The translations under genes and the position numbers were made by a program. Below are positions 20,135-29,602 of a stretch of 64,000 nt of DNA, in pieces (position 1 is the stretch's first letter; each line of letters opens with the position of its first letter). The stretch comes from an uncultured Spirochaetota bacterium (lineage in GTDB: Bacteria; Spirochaetota; Brevinematia; Brevinematales; JAOACQ01), in contig CAVYGN010000002.1 of the NCBI GenBank assembly GCA_963768055.1, forward strand, positions 32,001 to 96,000, in the 5' to 3' direction. The notes beneath the pieces are model-generated. The model had not been told where the DNA came from. It saw nothing but the letters and a program-made list of their open reading frames with translations, and made no database searches.

Positions 20135-21157
20135 CCGGCTACCCTTCCCAGCATATTTCTTTCATTTGCTATCTTGATTTCCCTGGCTATCCTTCTTCCG
20201 GTACTCATAGGCTCGTCGTATTTCAGATCAGTATAGGGGCTGCCTTTTATATATAAATTTGTACCGGCAACAATCCTCGCTGATATTTCGAACACATAAA
20301 AATTCTGCTCCGGAGTTATGATACCTTCAAGACAGAAGGGCCCGTAAAGACCTATTCCGTCCAGTTCCCTGGATACACTTATAACATTCTGGCCAATTTC
20401 AAAAAAATATGGAAGCAGGCTTTCCCTTACGACAACGGGGATATTACCCACTACTACATAGCTCGGATCGACACTTTCAAGTGCCATCTGATCCCTCGCG
20501 GATATTCTTCCAAGAGAATCAACGTTACTCTCATATCGAATATCGAAGCCCATAATTTCCAGTGTTTTATCAATTGAGGAATAGAAGTAATGAGCATACA
20601 TTGGAACGCCGATAATATATTCCTGAATAACGTACTTTTCATTCGGATAACGGGATATTTTTTCATTAAAATCTTTTTCGTTTTTGGCAAGGAAATAGCC
20701 TTTACCGCCCTTTGCACCATGGAATTTAACAATGACTGATTTTTTTATTTCGTCAGGTTTTTATTTCGTCAGGTTTTGAATATATGTTGGGCAGTTTTAA
20801 GCCGGCCTTTTTTAACCAATTTCTCTGTTTTTGTCTGTCTGATTCCCATTCAAGTATGGCCTTATTACCGAAATAGGGAACTTTAAGTTTCCTGACGTTC
20901 TCTAAACCCAAATATTCAATAAAGGATGCATGCGGTATGATGATGCTTGAACTTTGAATTAGTTTTTCTTCACAAGAGAAAAAGTTTTTGAAAGAATCGA
21001 TTATAATTTTTTCTTTTGCGACTTGAAAGGAATCATATGGTGCGTCCCTTCCCTTCAAACAGATTATCGTTGATGAAAAACCCTCATCTTTAGCACCTTT
21101 CAAGATTTGAAGAGCGGAATGGCTACCGATGGTAGCGATATTTTTTATACTATCCAT
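20131..21157 (-). pseudogene. purP: Second PurP-family gene, frameshifted by a 16-bp tandem duplication (336 aa if one copy is removed)
   Basis: N-part ATIGSHSALQILKGAKDEGF; C-part RYESNVD, GNIPVVVRESLL, GPFCLE, FEISARIVAGTN, GRRIAREI; joined via VKFHGAKGGKGYF once TTATTTCGTCAGGTTT is counted once. Confidence 0.85.
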
Positions 21158-21320
21158 GCAAAATACTAAAGTAGTAATTTATTTTTGTCAAACAACAAGG
21201 TTAAGCACCCTGGAAAAAGGCAGTGCTGACATGCGTAAAATTAAATCAGAGCTTGCGGATTTGATTATCACCAGAAAAGGGGGATAATTATTATGCTTAA
21301 CAAAACCCACACCCTGACTT

Positions 21321-21578
21321 GCCGAATGTAAAACAATATGCACTTTTTTGTTGAGTCAATTTTTAGCTCGCATTATGAAAAAGCTTAGAGTTGCAGGCGA
21401 CGCGGCGAAAAAGCAAGCCCCCACCTTACCTGCCGAATTTAAAACAATATATATCCAGGATGAAGCATTTTTTTTTCGAACCTTATGAGTAAGCGTAGAA
21501 GCTGCGGGCTCAAGCTTACAAATACTGTGAGAAAAAAAATTGCATTCATTAAGGCATTAATATGTTGTTTTAATCGGC
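21321..21578. repeat. Palindromic MITE-like family: one left-arm copy (from 21321) and one full ~147-bp copy (21432-21578)
   Basis: GCCGAATGTAAAACAATAT and GCCGAATTTAAAACAATAT ... ATATGTTGTTTTAATCGGC. Confidence 0.6.
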
Positions 21579-21584
21579 CCCTTC

Positions 21585-21613
21585 TTGACAGATTCCCCCC
21601 CATCGAATACAAT
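21585..21613 (+). promoter_or_regulatory. Sigma70-type promoter for lysA
   Basis: TTGACA-N17-TACAAT. Confidence 0.7.
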
Positions 21614-21620
21614 AGTGGTT

Positions 21621-21776
21621 TAAGGGCGGTTCAAATAAATAACAATGTTGTTAACAATTAGCATTCAAATTAGTTATAATCCGCCCAATGGGCCCTGGTG
21701 CCTGGACTGGTGCCAGTCCCCAGGACAGGTGCACTACCTATCCGCCTTGAAAAGGCGGTTATTAGAAGTGCCCTTA
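21621..21776. repeat. TIR-bounded MITE-like element forming the lysA leader
   Basis: TAAGGGCGGTTCAAATAA ... TTATTAGAAGTGCCCTTA with TTAA at both ends; related ends at 44492 and 56341. Confidence 0.6.
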
Positions 21777-21795
21777 AGCTTATGGGAGGAGATCA

Positions 21796-23058
21796 ATGAG
21801 GCCAATCGAGGCAAGGCAGAATGAAATGCTTATCGGGGGCATACGTGCGCTGGACCTTGTCAGGGAATTCGGCAGCCCGCTTTATGTATATAACGAGGCA
21901 GTCATAAGGGACTCTTTCAGGATGCTCAGCACTTCCTTTAGTTACGAAAAAAAGCGTATACACTATGCATTAAAAGCTAATAACAACCTCAGGATACTTC
22001 AGATCCTGGAAAAAGAAGGAGCGTTCATAGATGCGGTTTCAAAAGAGGAGGTGATGCTCTCTCTTAAAGCGAATTACAGCCCGCAAAAGATCCTCTTTAC
22101 CGGCATCAATCTCAAGGACGACGATATAGATTTCGCCTTTCAAAACGGCGTAATGGTTAATCTGGGTTCCCTCTCCGATCTTGAAAAATACGGATCGAGA
22201 TATTCCGGGACGTCGGTATCGATCCGAATAAATCCCGATATGGGCGCCGGCCATCATGACCACGTGGTTACGGGCGGAAGGGAGAGTAAGTTCGGGATAT
22301 ATTACAGCGCAAAAGGCCAGAATGACCTTGAAAAGGCTTCCGAACTGATAAAAAACTATAAACTCAGGCTTTCGGGGATTCACGCACATATAGGGTCAGG
22401 AATCCTGGACGAGAAAAAGTATATCCAGCTTATGCAGGTTATCCTGAAAATAGCCGGTAAATTTCCTAACCTTGAATTCATCGATATCGGCGGAGGGATC
22501 GGCGTTCCCTACAAACCCGACGAGCATGATTTTAATTTTAAAATGTTCGGCATGCACATGGACGAGTTAATGAGGTCGTTTACCAGGGAATACGGAAGTT
22601 CCCCCTACCTCGCAATCGAGCCGGGCCGTTTCCTTGTAGCTGAAGCCGGAACCCTGCTGTGTACTGTAACAGACCTGAAAAACACCCCGCTTTACACCTT
22701 CGCCGGTGTCGATACGGGTTTCAATCACCTGCTGAGGCCGATGATGTACGGCAGCTACCATCCTGTCCTGAACGCCTCCCGCATCGAAGGTCTAAAAAAG
22801 GAATACGCCGTAAGCGGTTATCTATGCGAAAGCGGCGATGTCTTCACCAGGAACGAAAACGGTTTGAAACCCCGGCAAATAACGGAAGTACGGCTGGGCG
22901 ATATTCTGGCAATATTGAATGCAGGCGCTTACGGCTACTCGATGGCGTCGAATTACAACGCGCGCCCGCGCCCTGCCGAAGTCCTCGTAACAGGCGGGGA
23001 AGCGCGTCTTATCAGGAAGCGCGAGACCTTTGAAGATTTGATAAGGACCCAGGTTTAA
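21796..23058 (+). CDS. lysA: Diaminopimelate decarboxylase
   Basis: YALKAN, SKFG, HAHIGS, DIGGG, EPGR, CESGD, GAYG.SMASNYN.RPRP. Confidence 0.96.
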   Translation: MRPIEARQNEMLIGGIRALDLVREFGSPLYVYNEAVIRDSFRMLSTSFSYEKKRIHYALKANNNLRILQILEKEGAFIDAVSKEEVMLSLKANYSPQKILFTGINLKDDDIDFAFQNGVMVNLGSLSDLEKYGSRYSGTSVSIRINPDMGAGHHDHVVTGGRESKFGIYYSAKGQNDLEKASELIKNYKLRLSGIHAHIGSGILDEKKYIQLMQVILKIAGKFPNLEFIDIGGGIGVPYKPDEHDFNFKMFGMHMDELMRSFTREYGSSPYLAIEPGRFLVAEAGTLLCTVTDLKNTPLYTFAGVDTGFNHLLRPMMYGSYHPVLNASRIEGLKKEYAVSGYLCESGDVFTRNENGLKPRQITEVRLGDILAILNAGAYGYSMASNYNARPRPAEVLVTGGEARLIRKRETFEDLIRTQV

Positions 23059-23104
23059 AAGCGCCGCATCTGCCCTCCTGAGTTTTTATAAAAAAAGTAT
23101 TCAA

Positions 23105-23275
23105 GCAAAGCTTGACGCCGTTTTGAGATTATGCAGTTCAAGTTTTGAATCCGGCGAGATAAAAATTGACTCCATGCAGGCCGGATATTGTTTGATCGGC
23201 CCCTAGCGCTTGCTGGTGTTTTGAGCCTTAGCGGTTTGAGCGGTCGAATACTGTGCAGAAAAAATTACTTCAAGA
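23105..23275. repeat. Right-arm copies of the palindromic family found upstream of lysA
   Basis: GCGAGATAAAAATTGACTC (23154-23172) is the reverse complement of 21353-21371 with one mismatch; followed by ATATTGTTTGATCGGC. Confidence 0.6.
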
Positions 23276-23320
23276 AGAAATCTTATTGATCGATTCTCAG
23301 CATGTTTTGTGAATAATTTC

Positions 23321-23378
23321 TTGCAATATTACAAGCGTAGTATTATAATATCACATAGTGATATTACATGGTGATATA
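23321..23378 (+). promoter_or_regulatory. Sigma70 promoter with overlapping palindromic operator(s), candidate FapR sites
   Basis: TTGCAA-N17-TATAAT (23321-23349); TAATATCAC-ATA-GTGATATTA (23346-23366) and ATATTAC-ATG-GTGATAT (23361-23377). Confidence 0.75.
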
Positions 23379-23390
23379 AAGGATGTGCGG

Positions 23391-24011
23391 ATGAACAGAA
23401 GCTCTGTTCCGGTTGAGGAAAGGCATGCCAGAATCCTTGAAGAACTTGATAAAAATCCTTTTATCCTCGATGACGAACTTGCCAATATACTTAAGGTAAG
23501 CATTCATACGATAAGATCGGACAGGCATAAGATAGGAATCCCCGAAGTGAGGAGAAGAGGGAAGGATGTTTCCGAAACGATGTTTGCACAGGCGCGAACC
23601 CTGAGGGAGCCCGAGATAACGGGAGACATTCTCGAACTCGATCTTGACAGGGATGGGCTTTCGCTCATGGACACGGATGAATCAATGGCCCTTAAAAAAT
23701 CAAGCCTGATCAGGGGCCACATTCTCTTTGCACAGGCGAATACTCTTGCCAACGCGATCCTTGACGCCGAGGTCGCTTTGACGGCAGAGGCCAGTGTAAA
23801 ATTCATATCCCCTGTACATGCAGGCGAAAGAGTGCTGGCGAAAGCAAGAGTAATCTCTTCCCTGAAGCATAAAAGGGAAGTCGAAGTGATCATGAAAACC
23901 AAGAAAAAACTTGTATTCGAAGGGCATTTTACAATCTACTGCATAGATGCGGGAATGGCATCTCATCTGAGCCTATTGAATGAAGAAGAAATTACTGGAG
24001 GAAATAAATGA
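23391..24011 (+). CDS. fapR: Fatty acid biosynthesis regulator FapR
   Basis: NPFILDDELA..LKVSIHTIRSDR..IGIPE HTH plus hotdog domain RGHILFAQANTLA; upstream of fabH. Confidence 0.9.
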   Translation: MNRSSVPVEERHARILEELDKNPFILDDELANILKVSIHTIRSDRHKIGIPEVRRRGKDVSETMFAQARTLREPEITGDILELDLDRDGLSLMDTDESMALKKSSLIRGHILFAQANTLANAILDAEVALTAEASVKFISPVHAGERVLAKARVISSLKHKREVEVIMKTKKKLVFEGHFTIYCIDAGMASHLSLLNEEEITGGNK

Positions 24012-24943
24012 GTAAAATTGGAATCAAGTCTATTGGCTCCTATATTCCCGAGAATAAGCTGACAAACGCGGACCTGGAAAAAATGGTCGATACGACGGAT
24101 GAATGGATATTTACACGCACCGGTATCCGCGAAAGGCGGATCGCCCCGAAAAATATCCAGACTTCGGATATGGCGATCAAGGCCGCGCAGGATTGTCTCT
24201 CACATTTAAAAATAAAACCCGACTTGATCATATCCTCATCAGGTACGGGCGAGACGAATTTTCCATTTCAGGCAAGCAGGGTAGCCGAACATTTCGGCTT
24301 AACCAAAACTGCCGGTTTCGATTTGAACGCCGGATGCTCCGGATTAGTTTACGCCTTGACGGTCGGATGCAGCATGATGAAAAGCCTCAAATATAAAAAT
24401 GTACTGATCACGGCGAGTGAAAAAATGACAAACTTTACCGACTATAAAGACAGGTCGAGCTGTATCCTTTTAGGCGACGGAGCTTCTTCTTTACTGCTTG
24501 CGGACCGTGATTTCGAACATGAAATACTAACCTGCGAACTTGGCATGGATGGGACCGGAAGCAATCTCATAACCCTGGGAGCGAGGGAAGGAAATCCCTA
24601 TTTCTGGCAGGACGGCCAAAAGGTTTTCAAATTCGCCATTAAAAAAATGTGCGATATTATCAACTCCCTGAAACAAAAAGTGAAAATAAGCAAAAAGGCG
24701 AATTTATATATTGTGCCTCACCAGGCCAACATGCGGATATTCGAAACAGTATCGGATCGGACCAAAATCCCGATGAGCAATTTTATCACGAATCTCGACC
24801 GCTTCGGCAATACATCCTCCGCTTCCATCGGGATAGCCCTTGACGAGGCAAGTAAACAGGGGCGGTTCTTAAAGGGCGATATGCTTTTCCTGGTCGGTTT
24901 CGGCGCAGGTTTAACATGGGCGGGTGCGGCTGTGAAATGGTAA
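24008..24943 (+). CDS. fabH: 3-oxoacyl-ACP synthase III
   Basis: RTGIRERR, AGCSG, LGDGA, PHQAN, GNTSSAS, GFGAGLTW. Confidence 0.95.
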   Translation: MSKIGIKSIGSYIPENKLTNADLEKMVDTTDEWIFTRTGIRERRIAPKNIQTSDMAIKAAQDCLSHLKIKPDLIISSSGTGETNFPFQASRVAEHFGLTKTAGFDLNAGCSGLVYALTVGCSMMKSLKYKNVLITASEKMTNFTDYKDRSSCILLGDGASSLLLADRDFEHEILTCELGMDGTGSNLITLGAREGNPYFWQDGQKVFKFAIKKMCDIINSLKQKVKISKKANLYIVPHQANMRIFETVSDRTKIPMSNFITNLDRFGNTSSASIGIALDEASKQGRFLKGDMLFLVGFGAGLTWAGAAVKW

Positions 24944-25974
24944 TAAAAAAACATTTTATGAAATTTTATTTATATCTCCCGGCTGTTGTCCTGGCGCTGT
25001 TGCTCTTTTCGAATCCGGGGGTTATCCTGGGGGAAGCGGTAAATTCGGGTTTGACGGGCAATTACCCGGCGAACTCGCCTGTCGCTATCCATGGCAAATT
25101 AAGGGTTGTCGAGACACAGCTTTGCGATGAAAAGAGCGTTCCCATCCAGCTTCGCGGTTTTTCTTCACATGGCCTTCAGTGGTACGGCAAATTCGTTAAC
25201 AGCGAATCCATCGCATGGCTGGCCAAAAACTGGAAAATGGATGTTTTTAGGGTTGCCCTGTACACTGCCGAAAATGGATATATAAAAGACTCTTCTCTCG
25301 CCATAAATCTGAAATACGCAGTCGATTACGCTGAAGAAAGCGGCATATACTGTATAATCGACTGGCATATCCTGTCTGACGGCGACCCTAACATTTATAA
25401 AAAAGCAGCAAGGGATTTTTTTAAAAAAATGGCTTTCCTTTACGGAGCTAAAAGCCATGTCATGTATGAGATATGCAACGAACCGAATGGGGCCGACGTA
25501 ACCTGGAAAAGCAATATTAAACCTTACGCCGAATATGTAATCCCCGCTATAAGAGAAGGCGATTCAAATGGGGTCATTATAGTCGGGTCGGGGGACTGGA
25601 GCCAGGATATCCAGGATCCTGCAGCCGATCCGCTGAAATATGAAAACATTATTTATTCCGTTCATTTCTATGCCGGTACCCACACACAAGGGCTCCGGAA
25701 CATGATATCCGACGCCTTGCATCATATACCTATTTTCTGCACCGAATGGGGGACAAGCGACTCAAGCGGGAATAACGGCCCTTTCCTCGAGGAAGCGCAA
25801 ACCTGGATGGATTTCTTAAACTCCGGGAAAATAAGCTGGTGCAACTGGGCGCTTTGCGACAAGCCGGCGCCTCCCTTCCCATTTAAACCGGGCGCTGGAA
25901 CATCGGGTGATTGGAACGATGAAACTCTGACCCCTTCGGGAAGGTTTGTCAAGGATGCGATGACTAACCGGTAA
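24937..25974 (+). CDS. Secreted glycoside hydrolase family 5 endoglucanase
   Basis: QLRG.SSHGLQW, IIDWH, YEICNEP, HFYAGTH, TEWG, SWCNW; signal peptide; start could be 24958. Confidence 0.92.
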   Translation: MVIKKHFMKFYLYLPAVVLALLLFSNPGVILGEAVNSGLTGNYPANSPVAIHGKLRVVETQLCDEKSVPIQLRGFSSHGLQWYGKFVNSESIAWLAKNWKMDVFRVALYTAENGYIKDSSLAINLKYAVDYAEESGIYCIIDWHILSDGDPNIYKKAARDFFKKMAFLYGAKSHVMYEICNEPNGADVTWKSNIKPYAEYVIPAIREGDSNGVIIVGSGDWSQDIQDPAADPLKYENIIYSVHFYAGTHTQGLRNMISDALHHIPIFCTEWGTSDSSGNNGPFLEEAQTWMDFLNSGKISWCNWALCDKPAPPFPFKPGAGTSGDWNDETLTPSGRFVKDAMTNR

Positions 25975-26009
25975 AGCCCCAAGTATTAATTGTCAATATC
26001 TATCGATAT

Positions 26010-26879
26010 CTATTTTGAATTAATATTCGAAATTTCTTCGAGCTCGGTAACATTATCCATCAGTTCAACTTTGGCAATAACCCTCCTGCCGGAATTTTCA
26101 ACCCATATGCCCGTTTTTTGTTTCGTGAAGGGCTCCATGATCTTTTCAAGGAAAGGGTCCGCCATGGCAATCGCTACCATGGTCGTGAGGAAAGAACCGG
26201 CGCGAGTCTTGATCGTTTCAATTGCAACACACCTGAAAGAAAACGGTAAAGGTTCTTTAACTAAAAACGGCGCTATGGAATATATGATGCCATGGCTGGA
26301 AAGATCCATAAACCGGGGTGAAAAGAAACCGAGGGAAATGTTTTCCCACACGGGAAACAAAGGGTTTACTTTGAAATGGTACCTGCTTTCGGCACTCTGC
26401 CTGCCCTTGATGGTTTTCATGTTAAAATCCACATAACGCCCGTCAAGGCTGCGTTTAAAATTCCACGAATATGGAAACGGCTGGTTTTCATTGTTTTTAT
26501 ATATAGATGTATCCGTGTCCATAGTCATTTTCATTTCCAGCACGGTCCCCGCAATTGGATCGATCAGGAAAGAGGACGGCCAGTCCCTATAATTTTCCGG
26601 AAGCTTTTTACCCCCCGATACGGAAATATTAACCATGTAAATCCTGTAAACGGTCCCGCCGTTTACACCGGTTTCCTTCCTTGTGACAAAGTAAATATCG
26701 CTGTCTTTTTCATTTCCCGTGTAACTAAAATAATGAAGAAACTCTCCGTCCGGAATGTCAATATCGTGGAATGCTTTCATGGGCACATTCCGCATGCCTG
26801 AACAGCCGGCAGCGGCAAGTAAGACCAGCAGCATCAATAATCGGGCAGAAAAATGATTACTTTTAATGTATTGCATCAA
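26010..26879 (-). CDS. Hypothetical lipoprotein
   Basis: Lipobox AAGC; stop-start overlap with the upstream ORF. Confidence 0.65.
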   Translation of the reverse strand: MMQYIKSNHFSARLLMLLVLLAAAGCSGMRNVPMKAFHDIDIPDGEFLHYFSYTGNEKDSDIYFVTRKETGVNGGTVYRIYMVNISVSGGKKLPENYRDWPSSFLIDPIAGTVLEMKMTMDTDTSIYKNNENQPFPYSWNFKRSLDGRYVDFNMKTIKGRQSAESRYHFKVNPLFPVWENISLGFFSPRFMDLSSHGIIYSIAPFLVKEPLPFSFRCVAIETIKTRAGSFLTTMVAIAMADPFLEKIMEPFTKQKTGIWVENSGRRVIAKVELMDNVTELEEISNINSK

Positions 26880-28456
26880 ATATTATAAACCCTCTTGATA
26901 TTTTCGAAAGTGACGGGATCGGCGATCCTTTCCAGCAGCTGTCTTATATTCTTAATCTCATCGTTAATTCTCCGTTCGTTGTCCCTGTAAGAGATTATCT
27001 CGTCATTCTGCAGGTATCTGCCGGCGTCGAAACAAATGGAAGAGACGATCGAAAGTCCTTCTATGAATGATTTATCGAAGAGATAACCCTGTCTCTTGAT
27101 CTTTTTATCTCCGAACGGTATATCAACTTGAGTTTTCAAAAGGGATGATTGATCTATGTTTTTAAACGCGGGGCCGGCTCCCCGGTCATTATCCCCGCCT
27201 TCACCCTGGTAAGCAATAAAAATATGACCGGTTTTTTTGCCTATTTCCATGATCAAAACTGATAACTCGCTAATAAATCTCACGGCTTCAGATTCTTCAT
27301 GGGTGACGTCCGCATGACTGTATTCTTTTTTAATTTCAGATAATCGTGAGTGACTGATCCTTATTGAAGACAGATTCGATGTTGAAAATGATTTCAGGAG
27401 ACCCTGCATCCTCCCCATTTCGTTCATAAAAAAATCATAACTGAACGGCTGGATTTCACCCGAATCCTCGATCAGTATCTTCCCGTTCAAAAAAAACTCG
27501 AATTCTCTAATAAAGCGTTTGATGAAATTACCCGCAAGCATGGTTAGATTGTCCCTGTCAAGTATAAATTTCGGTTTATTCGGCCCGATATCGGAATCGT
27601 AAAAATGAACTAAAGCCCCATAATCTCCGAGGATCCCGCCCCTGCCCTCCTGTTTTTTTCCGGAATACTGTTTGGAGTATTGCTTTAGAAATAATCCGGC
27701 TTTCGCAAGCCCCTTATTCTCTTCAAGCAATTGTTCAAGTTTCATCTCATTTTCCCTGATAAAGGCGGCGATCTTCAATTTAACATCTTCAGAGCAATCG
27801 AAATCGCAATCCGACACCACTCCCCCCGGGAAATCCTGTATAAGGTCTCTCAAGTCAAGGTATTTCCTGCTGTAAATCATATTCATTGCGACAATGAGAT
27901 TATTAAGAGTCAATGGATCGCTGGATTGAAATAAAAGCCGTTTTATGAAATATGAAACACCCTCTATCCTGTCATCGGTTTTTTTAAAATACTTTAAAAC
28001 CCTCGCTGCCGCCGAGAGGATCCTTTCAGGGTAGTCTATTCTGTAATGGCATACCAGATAAAAAGCCTCGACTTTTGCCAGCTTGCTGATGACATATTCG
28101 GCGTCATGGAAATAATTGATAGTGCTTACGAGTATTTCATCAATCAATTTACCGGATAGCGCCAGGAGATTATATTCGAATTTATCAAGCATCATCCATC
28201 CGTTTTCAAGGATGAATTTCAAATACCCAAGTGCTGATGAAGCTTCCTTACGAATGGATTCCCAGCCGTTTTTGTCAATATTTATCTGAAACCCGAAGAA
28301 ATGGGGAATAATGATCGGGATTTTATATGAAAAGTTCCTGATGTTCGCCCATTCAAAAAAAATATACATAAAAAATCCCGTCCGGTTGAACGTTTTTTTT
28401 ATATTGATGATATTTTTTTGAAAATCTACAGGGATTTCCTGATTGACCTGATCCAT
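26876..28456 (-). CDS. Hypothetical protein (~526 aa, helical)
   Basis: Long ORF, start at MDQ after GGAGG; no motif recognised. Confidence 0.7.
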   Translation of the reverse strand: MDQVNQEIPVDFQKNIINIKKTFNRTGFFMYIFFEWANIRNFSYKIPIIIPHFFGFQINIDKNGWESIRKEASSALGYLKFILENGWMMLDKFEYNLLALSGKLIDEILVSTINYFHDAEYVISKLAKVEAFYLVCHYRIDYPERILSAAARVLKYFKKTDDRIEGVSYFIKRLLFQSSDPLTLNNLIVAMNMIYSRKYLDLRDLIQDFPGGVVSDCDFDCSEDVKLKIAAFIRENEMKLEQLLEENKGLAKAGLFLKQYSKQYSGKKQEGRGGILGDYGALVHFYDSDIGPNKPKFILDRDNLTMLAGNFIKRFIREFEFFLNGKILIEDSGEIQPFSYDFFMNEMGRMQGLLKSFSTSNLSSIRISHSRLSEIKKEYSHADVTHEESEAVRFISELSVLIMEIGKKTGHIFIAYQGEGGDNDRGAGPAFKNIDQSSLLKTQVDIPFGDKKIKRQGYLFDKSFIEGLSIVSSICFDAGRYLQNDEIISYRDNERRINDEIKNIRQLLERIADPVTFENIKRVYNI

Positions 28457-28533
28457 CAGTTTTCCTCCCATTACCGAACATAACAATTAATTATAATAAT
28501 AAAATCTCAAATAGTTAAAAATTTTATGATTAT

Positions 28534-28998
28534 TCATTTATTTTTTTTATAGAGATCATTATATAATTCGGTAACTGATTTTTTCAGAACAGGATGAACG
28601 AATTCAGGGCAGATATCGAGCAGAGGCCTGAGCACGAAATACCTGTTGTGCATATCTGGATGAGGAATGATCAGCCCTTCTTCGAAAAAAACGCCATTGT
28701 CATAAAAAATTATATCAAGATCGATAGTTCTTTCCCCCCACTTGACGGTCCTCTCCCTGCCCAATTCATTTTCAGTATCATGAAGTTTAAATAAAAGTTC
28801 TCCCGGCGGGAGTTCTGTTTCAACCATAAGCGCCATATTGATAAAACAGGGCTGGTCGGTCTTACCGTAAGGCCTGGTCCTGTAAGGCTTCGAACATTTT
28901 TTAACCCGGGCATAACGGTTAACTCCGGTTATCGCTCTTCGGATATTCTTTTTCCTGTCGCCAAGATTGGCCCCGACGGAAATGATAACCTGATGCAT
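28534..28998 (-). CDS. folK: 2-amino-4-hydroxy-6-hydroxymethyldihydropteridine diphosphokinase
   Basis: GANLGDR, Q..FIN, KWGERTIDLDI, IPHP. Confidence 0.95.
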   Translation of the reverse strand: MHQVIISVGANLGDRKKNIRRAITGVNRYARVKKCSKPYRTRPYGKTDQPCFINMALMVETELPPGELLFKLHDTENELGRERTVKWGERTIDLDIIFYDNGVFFEEGLIIPHPDMHNRYFVLRPLLDICPEFVHPVLKKSVTELYNDLYKKNK

Positions 28999-29000
28999 TA

Positions 29001-29591
29001 TTACACCCGATTTTTTGAAAGCAGCCTTCCTATCTCGAACGCCTTATAATTCCCTGCCTCGTACTTTTTCCTGACAAAAGTCTTAATGGCAACCCTCCAG
29101 GCTTTTATAGAGATCTCGCTTATAGAGTTTGACAGTACGCCTAAAATAACAGTATTGACAAGCCTGGTGTTCCCGAGAGTTTTTACAGCATCGAGAGCGT
29201 TGACAATCTGAAAATTATTAGTGCGGGAAGAAAAATATTTAACTATGTCTGCCGGGTAAGAAGAGACTCCCATAATAACGGATATCGGCGGTATTTCGAG
29301 ATCATTCATTACAACAATTCCGTTTTTTTTTAAAAAACCTATGTTCCGGAGCGCTTCAAGCTTCTCGAATCCGATCAGAAAATCGGCTTCTCCCGGAGAA
29401 ACAACAGGCGAATGAACGGAGCTGCCGTATCTCAGGAAACTCGTAACAGAGCCTTCCCTCTGGCTCATACCGTGGATTTCATTTTTTTTGACATCATATC
29501 CTGATTTAAACAGTGCGTAAGACAGAATATCCGATGCAAGAACAATTCCCTGTCCGCCCACGCCGCAAATGACTATACTTTTCGTATTCAT
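29001..29591 (-). CDS. iorB: Indolepyruvate:ferredoxin oxidoreductase beta subunit
   Basis: GVGGQG, EIHGMSQREGSV, FEKLEALR. Confidence 0.9.
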   Translation of the reverse strand: MNTKSIVICGVGGQGIVLASDILSYALFKSGYDVKKNEIHGMSQREGSVTSFLRYGSSVHSPVVSPGEADFLIGFEKLEALRNIGFLKKNGIVVMNDLEIPPISVIMGVSSYPADIVKYFSSRTNNFQIVNALDAVKTLGNTRLVNTVILGVLSNSISEISIKAWRVAIKTFVRKKYEAGNYKAFEIGRLLSKNRV

Positions 29592-29602
29592 TTGTATCCT
29601 TC

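Noticed and set aside
21158..21320. ZMP/ZTP or purine riboswitch upstream of the purP pair
   Set aside because: No recognisable consensus by eye; an Infernal scan would be needed to exclude it fully.
21614..21795. Lysine riboswitch upstream of lysA
   Set aside because: No AGAGGNGC start or other L-box conserved elements; terminal inverted repeats shared with other loci fit a repeat element better.
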